Below are positions 42,627 to 54,516 of a DNA stretch of 64,000 bases, piece by piece. The notes beneath the pieces were generated by a model. The model did not search any database, was not told the origin of the DNA, and saw only the letters and a program-made list of their open reading frames with translations. The stretch's first letter is position 1. The number at the start of each line of letters is the position of its first letter. Both the position numbers and the translations under genes were made by a program. The stretch comes from a virus. The stretch lies in the IMG/VR virus record IMGVR_UViG_3300019757_000003, positions 1 to 64,000 of that record; one strand, written 5' to 3'.

Positions 42627-44477
42627 ATGAATTTAGTACCAAGACAATATCAAATTGATACCGTAAATCAAATTAAGCTAAACACAAGCAATATTTGTGT
42701 TTTATTCCCAAGAGCAGGTAAGTCTTTTATAGCTAAACTTATTATAGATAAGTACTTCTCAGATAAGAAAGTTTTACTTATCTGTGGTAGGAGGACAATA
42801 ATTCTCCAATTTGAGGAATATTTTAAAGATAATTTCTCATGGATACTGTCAGGTAAAGATTATGACCATTCAAAGAATGTATTTCTGGCTAGTTATCAAA
42901 CTATACAAAGAAGAGAGATAGATTACTCTGAGTTTGATTGTGTGATATTTGATGAATGCCAAGAGTTTGCTAATACTAAAACAGTTAAGAAACTAAAAGA
43001 TATAGTACCAACTATTGTTGGTTTAACTGCAACTCCAATCTCAGCTAAAAATAAATTACTTGAAGGTTGGAATAATTGGATTAGACCTATAACAGTGCAA
43101 TCTATGATAGAAAATAAATGGTTAGCTCCTACGAGATTCTTTTCAACACATGACACTATAGGGAACTTCTCAGGAGACTTGAAAAAGAAATCCACTGGGG
43201 ATTATACTGAAGAGTCTGTCAGACAAGTTATAGCTAAAGATGGATTAGTGCTTAGGGCAGTAGATTATGTTGTATCAAATGATATAGTGAATACTCACAA
43301 AGCTGCACTTTATATAAATTTTATTGATACTGCTGAAGAGATTTATGAGAAGTTACATCATTTAGGTAATGTGTTTATTTACCACAGTAAAAGGTCAGTT
43401 AAAGAACAAAGAGAGGCTTTAGAAGGGTACAATAGTTGTACTACAGGAGTAATACTGAATGTCAGGGGTCTTGCTGTAGGTTGGAACAGTCCAACAACAA
43501 ACATGATTATTTACAGTCTGTTAACACCTATACACTCATTAGCAGCACAAATCATGTTAAGAGGTTCTACATACTTGCCAGACAAGGAAGCTACAGTTAT
43601 AGACCTAACAGGTCAACTTATTGGTCAAGGAGCTTTAAATCCATTCTCGGACTACTCTGAGTATGGAAAACAGAAGAAATCTTGCAAAGATCAGTGCCTT
43701 GAGTTTGAACCAAACTCGATAGCTAGATTTGAGTGTATGAAGTCCTGTTTACCTAATCCTGATAGTTTTATAGTTTGTGACGGTAAACCTTCGTACTCTC
43801 TAACAGAAGATGAGTTTAAAACAGACTTTACTGTAGAAGGCACTCCTTGTAAGATTGCACTACCTTTTTGGAAGTACATATACACTCAAGAAATACCAAC
43901 AGACAGCATAGGCACAATTAAAAAGATAATGACTTGTCCAGAGTGTAATTGTAGGACAACGTACACTTTACATACTGTGACATCTCAACCTAGTCAAATA
44001 ATTGAAATGTACAAAGATGAAGTACAACAAAATACTATTATGGTACTATACAGTAAAGAAAAGAAACAAGCTTTACTAATAGTGAATGAACTAAGTAGAA
44101 AAACATATAAGTACCTTAAGGTAAAGAATCAGCAAGAGTTGTACTTAGAAGCTTTAAAAATATTCAAAAATAAGAAGTTTTCTATATTGTCTAACATACC
44201 ATTAAATAAGTTAGATAATGTAAAAGTAGTACCTAATATGAATGACTACGTACCTCTTATAGATTGGGAGAAAGATAACCCAAATGTGATCAAATTAGTC
44301 ATAATTCATAAGATAGAAAAACTCATAGAGAGTTACGGATTTAAAAAAGGTATGATTTATCATGTTAGAGGTTTGGTTCAGTTAAAAAATGAAAAACAAT
44401 GGAATTTGTTCTTAGATAAAGAACCAACAAAACAACAGTTCATGCGATTTAAACAGAAGATGGCAGAGGAGAAATAG
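42627..44477 (+). CDS. superfamily 2 helicase-like protein (YejH/RadD/UvsW-like) with Cys-rich C-terminal region
   Basis: PRQYQ Q-motif, PRAGKS, DECQ, GLTATP, GWNSP; CxxC pairs further on. Confidence 0.8.
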   Translation: MNLVPRQYQIDTVNQIKLNTSNICVLFPRAGKSFIAKLIIDKYFSDKKVLLICGRRTIILQFEEYFKDNFSWILSGKDYDHSKNVFLASYQTIQRREIDYSEFDCVIFDECQEFANTKTVKKLKDIVPTIVGLTATPISAKNKLLEGWNNWIRPITVQSMIENKWLAPTRFFSTHDTIGNFSGDLKKKSTGDYTEESVRQVIAKDGLVLRAVDYVVSNDIVNTHKAALYINFIDTAEEIYEKLHHLGNVFIYHSKRSVKEQREALEGYNSCTTGVILNVRGLAVGWNSPTTNMIIYSLLTPIHSLAAQIMLRGSTYLPDKEATVIDLTGQLIGQGALNPFSDYSEYGKQKKSCKDQCLEFEPNSIARFECMKSCLPNPDSFIVCDGKPSYSLTEDEFKTDFTVEGTPCKIALPFWKYIYTQEIPTDSIGTIKKIMTCPECNCRTTYTLHTVTSQPSQIIEMYKDEVQQNTIMVLYSKEKKQALLIVNELSRKTYKYLKVKNQQELYLEALKIFKNKKFSILSNIPLNKLDNVKVVPNMNDYVPLIDWEKDNPNVIKLVIIHKIEKLIESYGFKKGMIYHVRGLVQLKNEKQWNLFLDKEPTKQQFMRFKQKMAEEK

Positions 44478-46655
44478 ATGAGATTTTTTAAATGGTTATT
44501 TGAGAGACAAGAAGAAGTAAATGCTACAGTAAAGTATGAAGAACTTTATGATGGGAATGGTAATCTGGTAAAGTTTAACCAAGAAGCTAGAAGAGAAGAG
44601 AGAGAAAGACTGCGTTCAGGTCCTGAAGCAAAGCAATTTATATGGGATATACTAGGTACTCTTAAAGAGATGAAAATAGATGAAGACTTACTGTACATAA
44701 TCCACAAAGAGATTATAACTGGAGAAATCTATAAGAAGTTTGAACTGCATGGAGTAAGAGAGTGTGATAAACTTAGAGCCTTAACTGGAATATACAATTT
44801 CTATAGAGTAAGGCAAAAAAAAATAAAAGTTAAGTAAATCAATAGACAAAGGAAATAGATGAGAAATCAATATTATACTAAACCACTGGTAAAAGCTATT
44901 AATGAAATGTACTTTAGAAAGTACAGACATATAGGTGAGTTAAAAGAGATAACCGAAGCTGTCCCTAGTATAGACATAACTACATACAAGATACACTTAG
45001 TAAACAATAAAATTAAAGATATTAAACTATTTAATCTACTTTGTGACTTACAAAGTGTTATTTGGGGGAAATTAGAGGATTTTAAATCTAACCTAGGTAA
45101 AAGTCTATATGTAAAATTAGACCACAGCAAAGAAGAAGTTACAGACGAGATAGGTAGTAAGTAAATAAACAAAGGAGAGGTAGATGGGGACATACGAAAT
45201 AGGAGAAGAGGTTAAGCTAAAGAAGACTAGTAGACCTGAATGTAAGGTCTTTATCAGAGGTCCAAGAGATTGGTGTTCTGTAGGATTTGCTCATCATATA
45301 GAGGTAGTTACTCCAGATGGGGAACCTAACCTAGTCTCTTATGCTCAGAGTGTTGGTAACATAGAAAAAATTAAAGGAGAAGTAGATGACAGTAGATAAG
45401 ATAATAGAAGATATTGAGAGTGGTAGTAGTACAGACTACATGAGAAATAGAGAGACAGGAGCTATATCAGATGAACTAGTAAAAGTAATGTCTACATTTA
45501 GTGAAGTAGTTGAAGAGTATGAGAGTAAGTACCAAAATCTACTAAGAATAATGGGTAAGTAGATGAGGTATAGACAGCTATCCGTAAGATAAAACTTACT
45601 AGAGAATACAAATAAAAGGATTAAGATGAAAAGAGCATTATTAACAATAGGTACAGACTCAGACTTCTATGTACTATTAGATGGTAAAGAGATTGAACAA
45701 TACCAAGAAGAGGTAAGGATTGAGTTTGAATATAAAGATAAAGATGACCTACTAAATAAAGTGTATGAATATTGTTACATACGAATAACACTGGGTAGGA
45801 AAGATGAACTACTAGCACATTATTTTGGCTGTGATGTTTATGGTTTTCTTGCAGAATCTTATGATGAAGATGGGTGTTATGTTGATTTAGGTAACTACTC
45901 AGTAGGAGTAGAGACAGACTACACTAGTAAAGTGTATAAAGACTATATAGTAAATACTGAGGAGTATTAGATGAGATGTGTATGTGGTTATGAGAGGATA
46001 CATGATTGGGATACTTGGGAACTAGAGCAGAAGCTTGAGGAATTTCCAGATTTTAAGAATGGTGATGAAGATTTTAAGATGAGTAATTCTACTATAAACT
46101 TTCAGTTAGAAGAAGTTGATTACTATGGAAATGGTGAGAGTAACGAAACTATCTATGCTTGTCCTAAATGTGGAACATTAAAGATAGACATATAATAAAA
46201 GGAAGATACGTGATAAACAATAAACTACTAACAATAGTACTAGATACTGAAGTAAGAGACTTTAAGCAACTAGATGACTATGTATATTACAATAAAACAA
46301 CTTGGGTGAATGGGAACTATCCTACAGCTTTCGGTGATTTTGAAGGTAGAATTAATACAGATACTCTAGTTAGATTATGTAAAGAGTGGATGTATGAGGT
46401 TATAACTAAATCAAAAGAAGTGATAGAAAACAGTTTTTTATCAGAAACTACAGTAACCTCAGGAAAATCTAAGTTTTTAAACAATAGACACGACAGAGTT
46501 ATGGGTAGAAAACCTCAAAACATAGAGTATCAATGTTGTATAACAGAGGTAGGTCATTGTAACAGTGGATTCCACCTATTCACAGGAGATACTGAATTAG
46601 AAGCAGTATTAAAAGCTACTGAGCGTACTATAGAAGATAAACTAAAGGAAAAAGA

Positions 46656-46925
46656 ATGAAAAAACTTATACTAACCATACTACTAATAGTAGGACTGAAT
46701 AGTTGCCAGAAATGGTCGGACACTAAAGCAGAGTTGCTTAGGCAAGGGTACACATACGAGATTGATATACCATCAAAGATGTATTATGTGTATTCAAAGG
46801 GAGTTAAATCTGCAGATAATGGATGTGCTAAATTAATACAACCAACTACACTAGCTTCAAGTCTTAAAGCTCCTAGTATAGTATGTGGTACTTATACTAT
46901 AACAGACCTAAGAGAGGTAAAATGA
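46656..46925 (+). CDS. small lipoprotein
   Basis: MKKLILTILLIVGLNSC lipobox. Confidence 0.6.
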   Translation: MKKLILTILLIVGLNSCQKWSDTKAELLRQGYTYEIDIPSKMYYVYSKGVKSADNGCAKLIQPTTLASSLKAPSIVCGTYTITDLREVK

Positions 46926-48247
46926 GAGAGTTAGACGATTACATGGGTCCTGATGGACTAATAGATTTTGATGCTTATTATATAGATAAAGCAACTTCTG
47001 AAGAAGAGATGGACAACTACTTAAGAGATGAGGAAGTACCAGATGCTAGAACAGTTTAAGAAAGATTTAAAGAAACTAGAGAGTAAGATAGGTAAGTATA
47101 AATCTATAACTGCTGTAGTACAAGATGGTTGGGCAAGCAAAGTTGATAATAGTACATTTACTGAATCTATAGTTTATGTAGAACTAGAAGAAGGTTATAT
47201 AATATTGGCTTACCTAGTAGGTAAATGGGGTGATATGTTTAGTATGACTAAGTTTAGTCTTACTAAACCTGAAGACTCTGATGAAATTTGGGTATTACCT
47301 AACTATACTGTAGTAGACCTAGAAGAAGAAATGGAGTATGATGATTTTGGTATATGGGAATTAGCTCAAGAGATTTATAATGAGAGTTACATATTTATAG
47401 TTAGAACAATAGATATAAATGATGTGACAAGTAAAGATATTAAGTATCTAGTCAAGTCTCTATGGGAAGCACTAAAACTCAAATACAAACTTAAGTAGTT
47501 AAACTACTTAAGTAATACAAATTAAAGGAAAGAAATGAAAATAGAGATAGACAGAAAATATCTAACACTAGATGTAGACACAGTTTCAGAGGGAATTAAA
47601 GAGAATATTATAAGTAACTCAGGTTACTCGTACTTAGACGAGTTTATACTAGCTTATATTACTGTAGATGGTAATATAGTGTTTATTGACAAAGATTATC
47701 TAGTAGAGTCAATAACTAAAGCCAAGCTAGGTTTAGAGTTTTATGATGATGATTATAGCACTTTGTCAGAAGATTCAGTACCTTATATAGGTAGAGAGTT
47801 ACTTGTTACTATGGGAGAACCTAATGGAACATTCTTCTATAGTCTTATAGATGAAGTATGGAATATACTAAGAGAACAATTTGATAGTAAATACCTCACT
47901 TTAAAAGAGTTCACCAGTATACTAGTACAACCTACAGAACTAGTGTCTGTTAAGTACATAGAATACTGCAAACCTTACTTTAAGACAGAAAGAGAGTTAA
48001 TATCACATTTTACAAAGGAGTGGAAAACAGTAGCAACTAAAGAGTACAAAGTTATTCTTGATGTACTTGTAGATACTACAGAACTTGTACCTGTACTAGT
48101 AGAAGCTAAAGATGAAGCTGAAGCTAAGCAATTAGCTATTAAGAAATATGAAGCTAATCCACTAGACTTTGAACCTGGTTTATCAGATGGTAGAGAGGTT
48201 TATGTAAATTTAAACTCAATAAGTGAATGGAAAGTAGAGGAAGTTAA

Positions 48248-49144
48248 GTGAAAAATAAAGATGAATTTGGTGAAAGAATCAAAGCTTATGAAAGTGAGTA
48301 CGAACAGAGAATACCATATAATGAGTATATTATTGTAAGGATTGATGGTCATAAATTTAGCAGATTTACTAAAGGATTTAAAAGACCTTTTGATACTATC
48401 CTATCTGATACATTTAGAGAGATTACAAGTGCTTTAATTAAAGAGTTTAATGCTGTCGTAGGTTACACACAAAGTGATGAAATTACGTTAGTTATACCAC
48501 CTAACTATGGTAGACACTTAAACAATATTTGTGAAGATACTACTAACAATCAAATCTTTGGAGGTAGAACTCAAAAAATGTCTAGTCTAATCTCAGCATT
48601 TACTACTATGAAGTTTAATGAGATTCTAGCTACACAAGTAAAAGCTAGAAGAGATACGATAAAACGTTCACTTGACTATATAGATGCAGAGAGATTGTTA
48701 GATGAGATGCAAGATACTTTAGGCTATTGGAAACTTATAGACACTAAAAAAGTTGGAAAAGCTTGGTTTGATTGTAGAGTATTTGGAGTACCTGATGAAA
48801 CAGAAGCGTTTAACTCTGTACTATGGAGAATGCACGATTGCACTAAGAATAGTTACTCTCAATTTGCCTATGCTTATTGCTCACATAAAAGTCTACTAAA
48901 TAAGACTGGTCAAGAGATGGTAGAGTTCTGTAAAGAAACTACTGGTAATGATTGGAGTGAAACTGAAGAGAGATTTAAGTATGGAACTATTGTTAAGAAA
49001 CAAGACTACACTAAACCTAAAACAGATGAAGAACACTCACAAGAAACTATTAGAACTAAAACAGTATTCATTAGTAAGAAGTTGAGTTATTCAGAAGAAA
49101 ATGTAGAGTTTTTATTATGTAAGAAATTGGAGGAAGTTAAATGA
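48248..49144 (+). CDS. thg1: tRNA(His) guanylyltransferase Thg1 / Thg1-like 3'-5' polymerase
   Basis: VRIDGHKFSRFT, YTQSDEITL, FGGRTQKMSS, FDCRVF, WRMHDCTKNS. Confidence 0.9.
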   Translation: MKNKDEFGERIKAYESEYEQRIPYNEYIIVRIDGHKFSRFTKGFKRPFDTILSDTFREITSALIKEFNAVVGYTQSDEITLVIPPNYGRHLNNICEDTTNNQIFGGRTQKMSSLISAFTTMKFNEILATQVKARRDTIKRSLDYIDAERLLDEMQDTLGYWKLIDTKKVGKAWFDCRVFGVPDETEAFNSVLWRMHDCTKNSYSQFAYAYCSHKSLLNKTGQEMVEFCKETTGNDWSETEERFKYGTIVKKQDYTKPKTDEEHSQETIRTKTVFISKKLSYSEENVEFLLCKKLEEVK

Positions 49145-50031
49145 GTGCTAGAACACAACAACTTGCACATGATTTTGTGTATGGTAAGAAAGCTAGAGAT
49201 GGTAGTGATTACAGGCAAGTCTGGGTAACTAGTAATCGTCCAGGAGGATTTACTGGTAGACAGATGTGGTATGAAGAGAACTTAATCTACAGCTATGAAA
49301 CAAAACTAGCTCACATAAACAGAGACGATAAGTATATAGTTATGTATGAAGATACTAGAGAGAACTCAAACACTTCAAGAGAACACTATGATAGTTTACT
49401 AGAAGCTATACCTTACGACTATACTATCTACTATAGAAGAAGTGGTATGGCAACGCATAACATTATATATAAACTTGATGAGATAGATGACTTACTAAGA
49501 TTACAAGCTAAAGCTAGAGTAAGAGATTATAGAGATGAGATTGTTTTAATTATAGACAAACTCTACAACTATCTTCACTTCATTAAGTATGATAAGAGAA
49601 AGTCTGAATATAGAGATATAGCTAAAAGACTAGAGTTAATCAATTTAAATAAAAATGAACTAAAAGATAAAATAGCAGAATCTACTAGAGTATACGAGCA
49701 AAGACAAGCTAAAAAACGTAGACAATACAATCTAGCTAATCTTGAACGAAGACAGACAGAACTCTCCAACTTCTTAGAAGAAAACACGACTAAGTATGAT
49801 CCAGACTTTATAGGTGTCAGACTTAAGATTAAAGATGGTTTTCTATACACAGACAATCATATTAAAGTACTAGAGAAAGAAGCTAGATTACTCTATAAGA
49901 GATATACACAAGGTAAAACTATTATTGGTTTGAAACTAGATGGGTACACAGTATTACAAGCTAATAAAGATAGAGTTGTAATTGGTTGCACCACAATCTC
50001 ATCTGAAGAGCTAAAAAGAGTGTTAGGATGA
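49141..50031 (+). CDS. hypothetical protein
   Basis: 296 aa ORF overlapping the thg1 stop. Confidence 0.65.
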   Translation: MSARTQQLAHDFVYGKKARDGSDYRQVWVTSNRPGGFTGRQMWYEENLIYSYETKLAHINRDDKYIVMYEDTRENSNTSREHYDSLLEAIPYDYTIYYRRSGMATHNIIYKLDEIDDLLRLQAKARVRDYRDEIVLIIDKLYNYLHFIKYDKRKSEYRDIAKRLELINLNKNELKDKIAESTRVYEQRQAKKRRQYNLANLERRQTELSNFLEENTTKYDPDFIGVRLKIKDGFLYTDNHIKVLEKEARLLYKRYTQGKTIIGLKLDGYTVLQANKDRVVIGCTTISSEELKRVLG

Positions 50032-50212
50032 GTAAAACATTTAGAATTGGAGTGTATGAAGAGCAGAGTGGTTCAGTAGTGATAACTGCAAATAGTAAAG
50101 AAGAAGCTGAAAATTACATCATAACATTACTAGAGGAAGATGGACTTGAAGGATTAAAAGACTTTAAAGTTATGGATAGGAGTTATGGTGTAACAGACTC
50201 TGAGGAAATTTA

Positions 50213-50578
50213 ATGCTCAAAGAATTACCTGAACCTAATCCTATAAAGTGGGAAGGTAAAGCATTTCACACTAGTAATCCGAAGTTCAGAGAAAACATTT
50301 TAAAAGAAGGACTGACCCCTCAAATAGGGGAGTGCTACGAACTACATTATGAGAGTTGGTATACATCTAATATGGGACCAGTTGTCTTCTTAAGACTGAA
50401 GGAAGAGAGTGACACACTACCTTGGGATAGTACTTATGATGACGATATTTGGGAAGTGAAAATGGATAAAGAAGTTAAACTATTTGAAGACCCTAGTATG
50501 AAGTTCCCACAAGTCTATACAAAAGAGATAATAAAACCTACAAACCTTAAGCTAATATATAAAGGGACCTGGGAGTAG
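50213..50578 (+). CDS. ADP-ribosyltransferase-fold protein (like the NAD-binding domain of Tpt1/KptA)
   Basis: AFHTS...NILKEGLTP...VVFL...IWEV...VYTKEIIKPTNL. Confidence 0.5.
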   Translation: MLKELPEPNPIKWEGKAFHTSNPKFRENILKEGLTPQIGECYELHYESWYTSNMGPVVFLRLKEESDTLPWDSTYDDDIWEVKMDKEVKLFEDPSMKFPQVYTKEIIKPTNLKLIYKGTWE

Positions 50579-50587
50579 GTTACACAA

Positions 50588-50688
50588 CTAGCTAATGTCG
50601 GAAGCACAGAGTACTGAAGAGTACAGACTGGTAAGTCCGATTCTTACGATTGAGGAAGGAAGGAATGGTTCGAGTCCATTCAGCTAGA
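50588..50688 (+). ncRNA. tRNA-mimic structured RNA (canonical T-arm and acceptor stem, non-canonical interior)
   Basis: CTAGCT/AGCTAG acceptor; GAATGG-TTCGAGT-CCATTC T-arm; interior hairpins GTACT-GAAG-AGTAC and GACT-GGTA-AGTC, plus TCGGA/TCCGA. Confidence 0.55.
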
Positions 50689-50767
50689 TACAAAAAAAAG
50701 TAAAATAAAGGAAAGATATGAGTAAAATAGATTACGGTTCGCAAGAACTATTAGATAAGAAGATCCT

Positions 50768-51088
50768 ATGAATGAAATTAAAGTAGGGATGATATATCAT
50801 AAATTAGACGGTTATACACCTATATATATAGGTCGTAATGGAGCTAAGAATAAAGATGTTAAGAGATACAATCTAGGTAATCCTTTCACTGCTCAAGAGT
50901 TTGGATTAGTAGAATGTATAAATATGTACGAAGACTATTTAAGACAGAATATGGAGCTACTAGACCCATTAAAAGAGGAATTGAAGAAGAATAATATATT
51001 ACTCAAATGCTTTTGTAAGGGTGTTATAGACAACCAGAAACTCTGCCATGGAGATGTTATTAGAAAATTATTAAAGGAAACAATATGA
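50768..51088 (+). CDS. DUF4326 domain protein
   Basis: IYIGR...LGNPF...LKCFC...CHGDVI. Confidence 0.8.
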   Translation: MNEIKVGMIYHKLDGYTPIYIGRNGAKNKDVKRYNLGNPFTAQEFGLVECINMYEDYLRQNMELLDPLKEELKKNNILLKCFCKGVIDNQKLCHGDVIRKLLKETI

Positions 51089-51358
51089 TAGACTATGAAG
51101 TAGTAGGCAAGATGTTTAAAATTACAATCACAAGAGATTGTATTATGAGAGTTAAAGTTCCAGAGGATACTCCACTAATAGATGTTACCCTATGGAATAA
51201 TAGGTGTAAGGAGATTCTTAAGTACTTTATGGAGAATCCTTATAAGGTTACACTTAGAGCTATGACAAAACAAATAGAGGGTAACTTAGTTCTGAGAGTA
51301 AATAACAACACAAAAGAACCTGTATTTAAAGTAGTAGGTACAGAAGTAAAGGAAATAA

Positions 51359-52480
51359 ATGGAAAACAATAAGAGAAAGTTAGTATCCATAAGAGAGATT
51401 AAAGATTTATTGCCTATTAAAGGTGCAGATTTCATTGAAAACGCAATTGTAGATGGTTGGGGGTTAGTCGTTAAAAAAGGAGAGTTTCAAGTAGGAGATA
51501 TGTGCGTATTTTTTGAAATTGATTGTTTCTTACCTATAGAAGAGAGATACTCATTTTTAGGTAAAACTACTGAATTTAGAAATGCTCAAGGATATAGACT
51601 AAAAACTATTAAGCTGAGAAAGACTTTATCACAAGGATTGGCTTTACCATTGAGTATGTTCCCAGAAATCAAAAGACCTAAGCTAGGCCTAGAAGTAACA
51701 GAACTACTTAAAGTAAGAAAGTGGGAACGTATTGAGAACGTACAGAATGTGCAAAAGTCGAGTAAAGTAAGAGTATTTCCTTCAGAGATACCTAAGACAG
51801 ACCAAGAGAGAATTCAAAACCTAACTTGGTACTTTGACAAATTACAAGATATGGAATTTGAAGAAACCTTAAAGTTAGATGGAAGTTCTATGACTTGCTA
51901 CAAGACTACTGATAAAACACCTTTCTTACAAAGAGTAATCAGATTATTTAAAACAGGAAAATACACTATCCCTCACTTTGGAGTGTGTTCCAGGAATGTA
52001 GAACTATACCAAGATAAACCTTTCTTCAAACTATTCACTAATTCAGATAAAGCCTCTGAATTTAGTACTACAACCTTTTGGGAACTAGCTATTAGAGAAG
52101 ATTTAGAGTCTAAGTTACCATTTGGTTACGCTATTCAAGGAGAACTACTAGACACTAAAATCCAAAGCAATCATGAGAAAGTAGATAGACCAGAGTACAG
52201 AATCTTTGATGTGTATAATATTTTAGAGAAAAGATACTTAACACCTGCAGAGAGGAAAATCTTCCTAGAAACTACTAAGTTAGACTACTTAAGTGTTCCT
52301 ATTGTAGAGCCAAGTATTAAGATATTCAAAAAATGTACTACAGTACAAGATTTACTAAAAAGAGTAGAAGGTATCTCTATGAATCCTCAAACAGTATCTG
52401 AAGGTAGGGTCTATAAGAGTGTAGATGGTAAAATTACATTCAAAGCTGTGAGTAACAAGTACTTAATGAAAGAAGACTAA
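51359..52480 (+). CDS. RNA ligase (Rnl2/DRB0094 family)
   Basis: N-terminal IKGADFIE...FFEID...SQGLALP; motif I TLKLDGSSMT, IQGEL, FDVY, SEGRVYK, FKAVSNKYL. Confidence 0.88.
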   Translation: MENNKRKLVSIREIKDLLPIKGADFIENAIVDGWGLVVKKGEFQVGDMCVFFEIDCFLPIEERYSFLGKTTEFRNAQGYRLKTIKLRKTLSQGLALPLSMFPEIKRPKLGLEVTELLKVRKWERIENVQNVQKSSKVRVFPSEIPKTDQERIQNLTWYFDKLQDMEFEETLKLDGSSMTCYKTTDKTPFLQRVIRLFKTGKYTIPHFGVCSRNVELYQDKPFFKLFTNSDKASEFSTTTFWELAIREDLESKLPFGYAIQGELLDTKIQSNHEKVDRPEYRIFDVYNILEKRYLTPAERKIFLETTKLDYLSVPIVEPSIKIFKKCTTVQDLLKRVEGISMNPQTVSEGRVYKSVDGKITFKAVSNKYLMKED

Positions 52481-52887
52481 AGAGTGGTTCTTAGAAAGAC
52501 TACAAAACCTAGATTAATTTCTAGGTAAACTAAATAAAAGGATAAAGATGATTAGTAAAGATTTAATGGAGGAAGTGTTAGGTATTAAACTTGAAGAAGA
52601 CTATATACCAAAGCTATCCGAGTACTCACCTAATTTTTTAGAGGAGTATTGGATAGAGTCAGAGCGAATATGGCAAGATATGATGTCAGTTTACGAATTG
52701 TCTCATTTATGTAAAATTTGGACTAAAGATAATTCAGACCTAGAGATTGTGAGTAAATTAGGAGAAGCTTGGTTCTTAAATACAAAAGATACCGATGAAC
52801 CTATGTATGAACTATTTAAAGCTGACCCTGAGTATGCGTCTGTATTTCAAGCAACTCAATGGATTTATGAAAGAATTAAGGGGACTA

Positions 52888-54516
52888 ATGGGATTAACAG
52901 ATGAACAACAAGCTGTAGTGGAGGCTAGCTTAACCCACCACATGGTGTTAGTACCTAGTCCAGCAGGTAGTGGTAAATCGACATTACTAGAAGGAGTAGC
53001 AGAAGCACATAACAATAAGAATTGCTTATATTTAGTTTTCAATAAAGAGATGCAAATTGAGGCTAGGGGTAGGTTTAACAGTAATGTTAAAGTGTCTACT
53101 TCTTCTGCTTTAGCTTATCATTATGTAGTTAGACTAGGTAATAGAAAATTTGAACCACACTTTAGTACATCTCAGATAAATGAGAAAGATGTAAGCAAGA
53201 GAGACAAAGAAAAAGTAGTATTTTGGTTTGATAAGTTCTGTCAGAGTAAGTACTTAAGTATTTCTGAATATTGTGCAACAGAACCTAAAGCTATGAAGAG
53301 GATTGAGCTAATAAAGAAATATATGAACCTGATGGTCACTTGTAAGATTCCTTCAAACTTCTCTTTTAATATGAAGTACTTCCATCATCAGCTAAGTAAA
53401 GGTAAAATAGATTTAGACTTAAAGTTACTTATGTTGGATGAAATTCAAGATTCTAGTCCAGTAGTATTAGAGATATTTAAACTAATAAAAGCTAAACATA
53501 AGGTAGGTGTAGGTGATCCACATCAAATGTTGTACTCATTCGCATCAGCTACTAATGGTTTCAACTACCTACAAGACCAAAACCCTCACATTCTAAGATT
53601 GACTAAATCATTTAGAGTGACAGTGGAAGTAGCTAAAAAAATAGAACAATTTGGTAGACTATATTTAGAACCAGACTTTGAATTTAAAGGAACTGATGGT
53701 GGGGTGGACAATGGATTAACAGCTTACTTAAGTAGGTCTAACTCTGCTCTAATATCTAGGATGGTAGAGTTACATAGAACAAAAACACCATATAGACTCA
53801 CTAGAACAGTAGCATCTATATTTGAGGCAGTTAAAGTAATAATGTATCTGAATAAGAAGGGTGTTTACAATCCACGTTACGAGTTCCTTAATAGGGGGAT
53901 AAATGATTACTTTGAAGGTAAAACTAGAGCTAACTCACTAATATCTCATATTAAAGAAGAGTTTCACTACCATTCAGAGATTCAGTCAGCTATTAATATA
54001 GTTATACAATTAGGTAGTAGGAAGTTAAAAGAGACTATGGAATTAGCTACTAAATATGCTAAGTTGCCTCAGTACAAGGCTGCTAAGACTTTGATAGCAA
54101 CATCATACACAACTAAGGGTATGACAATCTCTACAGTTCATATAGACAAAGATGTACTACCTAAAGCTAAATTATTAGACTTAACTATTAAAGACAGGAC
54201 AATACAAGAGACGGAAGCACTAAACCTACTATATGTAGCAACATCGAGGAGTAACGGACAACAAGATACTACACTATTAGACTATGCTATTAACTATAAG
54301 TTACAACAGAACACAAAAGGAAGTACAAAGGAGTTCAGAAGTAACGGAATCAGTCAAAGACATTGTACATCTAATAAAAACATAACTAGTGGTACTGATG
54401 ACTTTGGGGATCCTATTGTGAAGAAAGACGGTATGTACCTAAACAAGTATACCGGAGACTATACTAGAGAGGCACCTTCATTCACAAAATTTCTGTTAGA
54501 GGGAGTGTTATTATAG
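52888..54516 (+). CDS. superfamily 1 (UvrD/Rep-like) helicase
   Basis: LTDEQ, AGSGKST, LDEIQD, VGDPHQ, LTKSFR, NLLYVATSR; start moved to ATG 52888 after AAGGGGA. Confidence 0.85.
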   Translation: MGLTDEQQAVVEASLTHHMVLVPSPAGSGKSTLLEGVAEAHNNKNCLYLVFNKEMQIEARGRFNSNVKVSTSSALAYHYVVRLGNRKFEPHFSTSQINEKDVSKRDKEKVVFWFDKFCQSKYLSISEYCATEPKAMKRIELIKKYMNLMVTCKIPSNFSFNMKYFHHQLSKGKIDLDLKLLMLDEIQDSSPVVLEIFKLIKAKHKVGVGDPHQMLYSFASATNGFNYLQDQNPHILRLTKSFRVTVEVAKKIEQFGRLYLEPDFEFKGTDGGVDNGLTAYLSRSNSALISRMVELHRTKTPYRLTRTVASIFEAVKVIMYLNKKGVYNPRYEFLNRGINDYFEGKTRANSLISHIKEEFHYHSEIQSAINIVIQLGSRKLKETMELATKYAKLPQYKAAKTLIATSYTTKGMTISTVHIDKDVLPKAKLLDLTIKDRTIQETEALNLLYVATSRSNGQQDTTLLDYAINYKLQQNTKGSTKEFRSNGISQRHCTSNKNITSGTDDFGDPIVKKDGMYLNKYTGDYTREAPSFTKFLLEGVLL

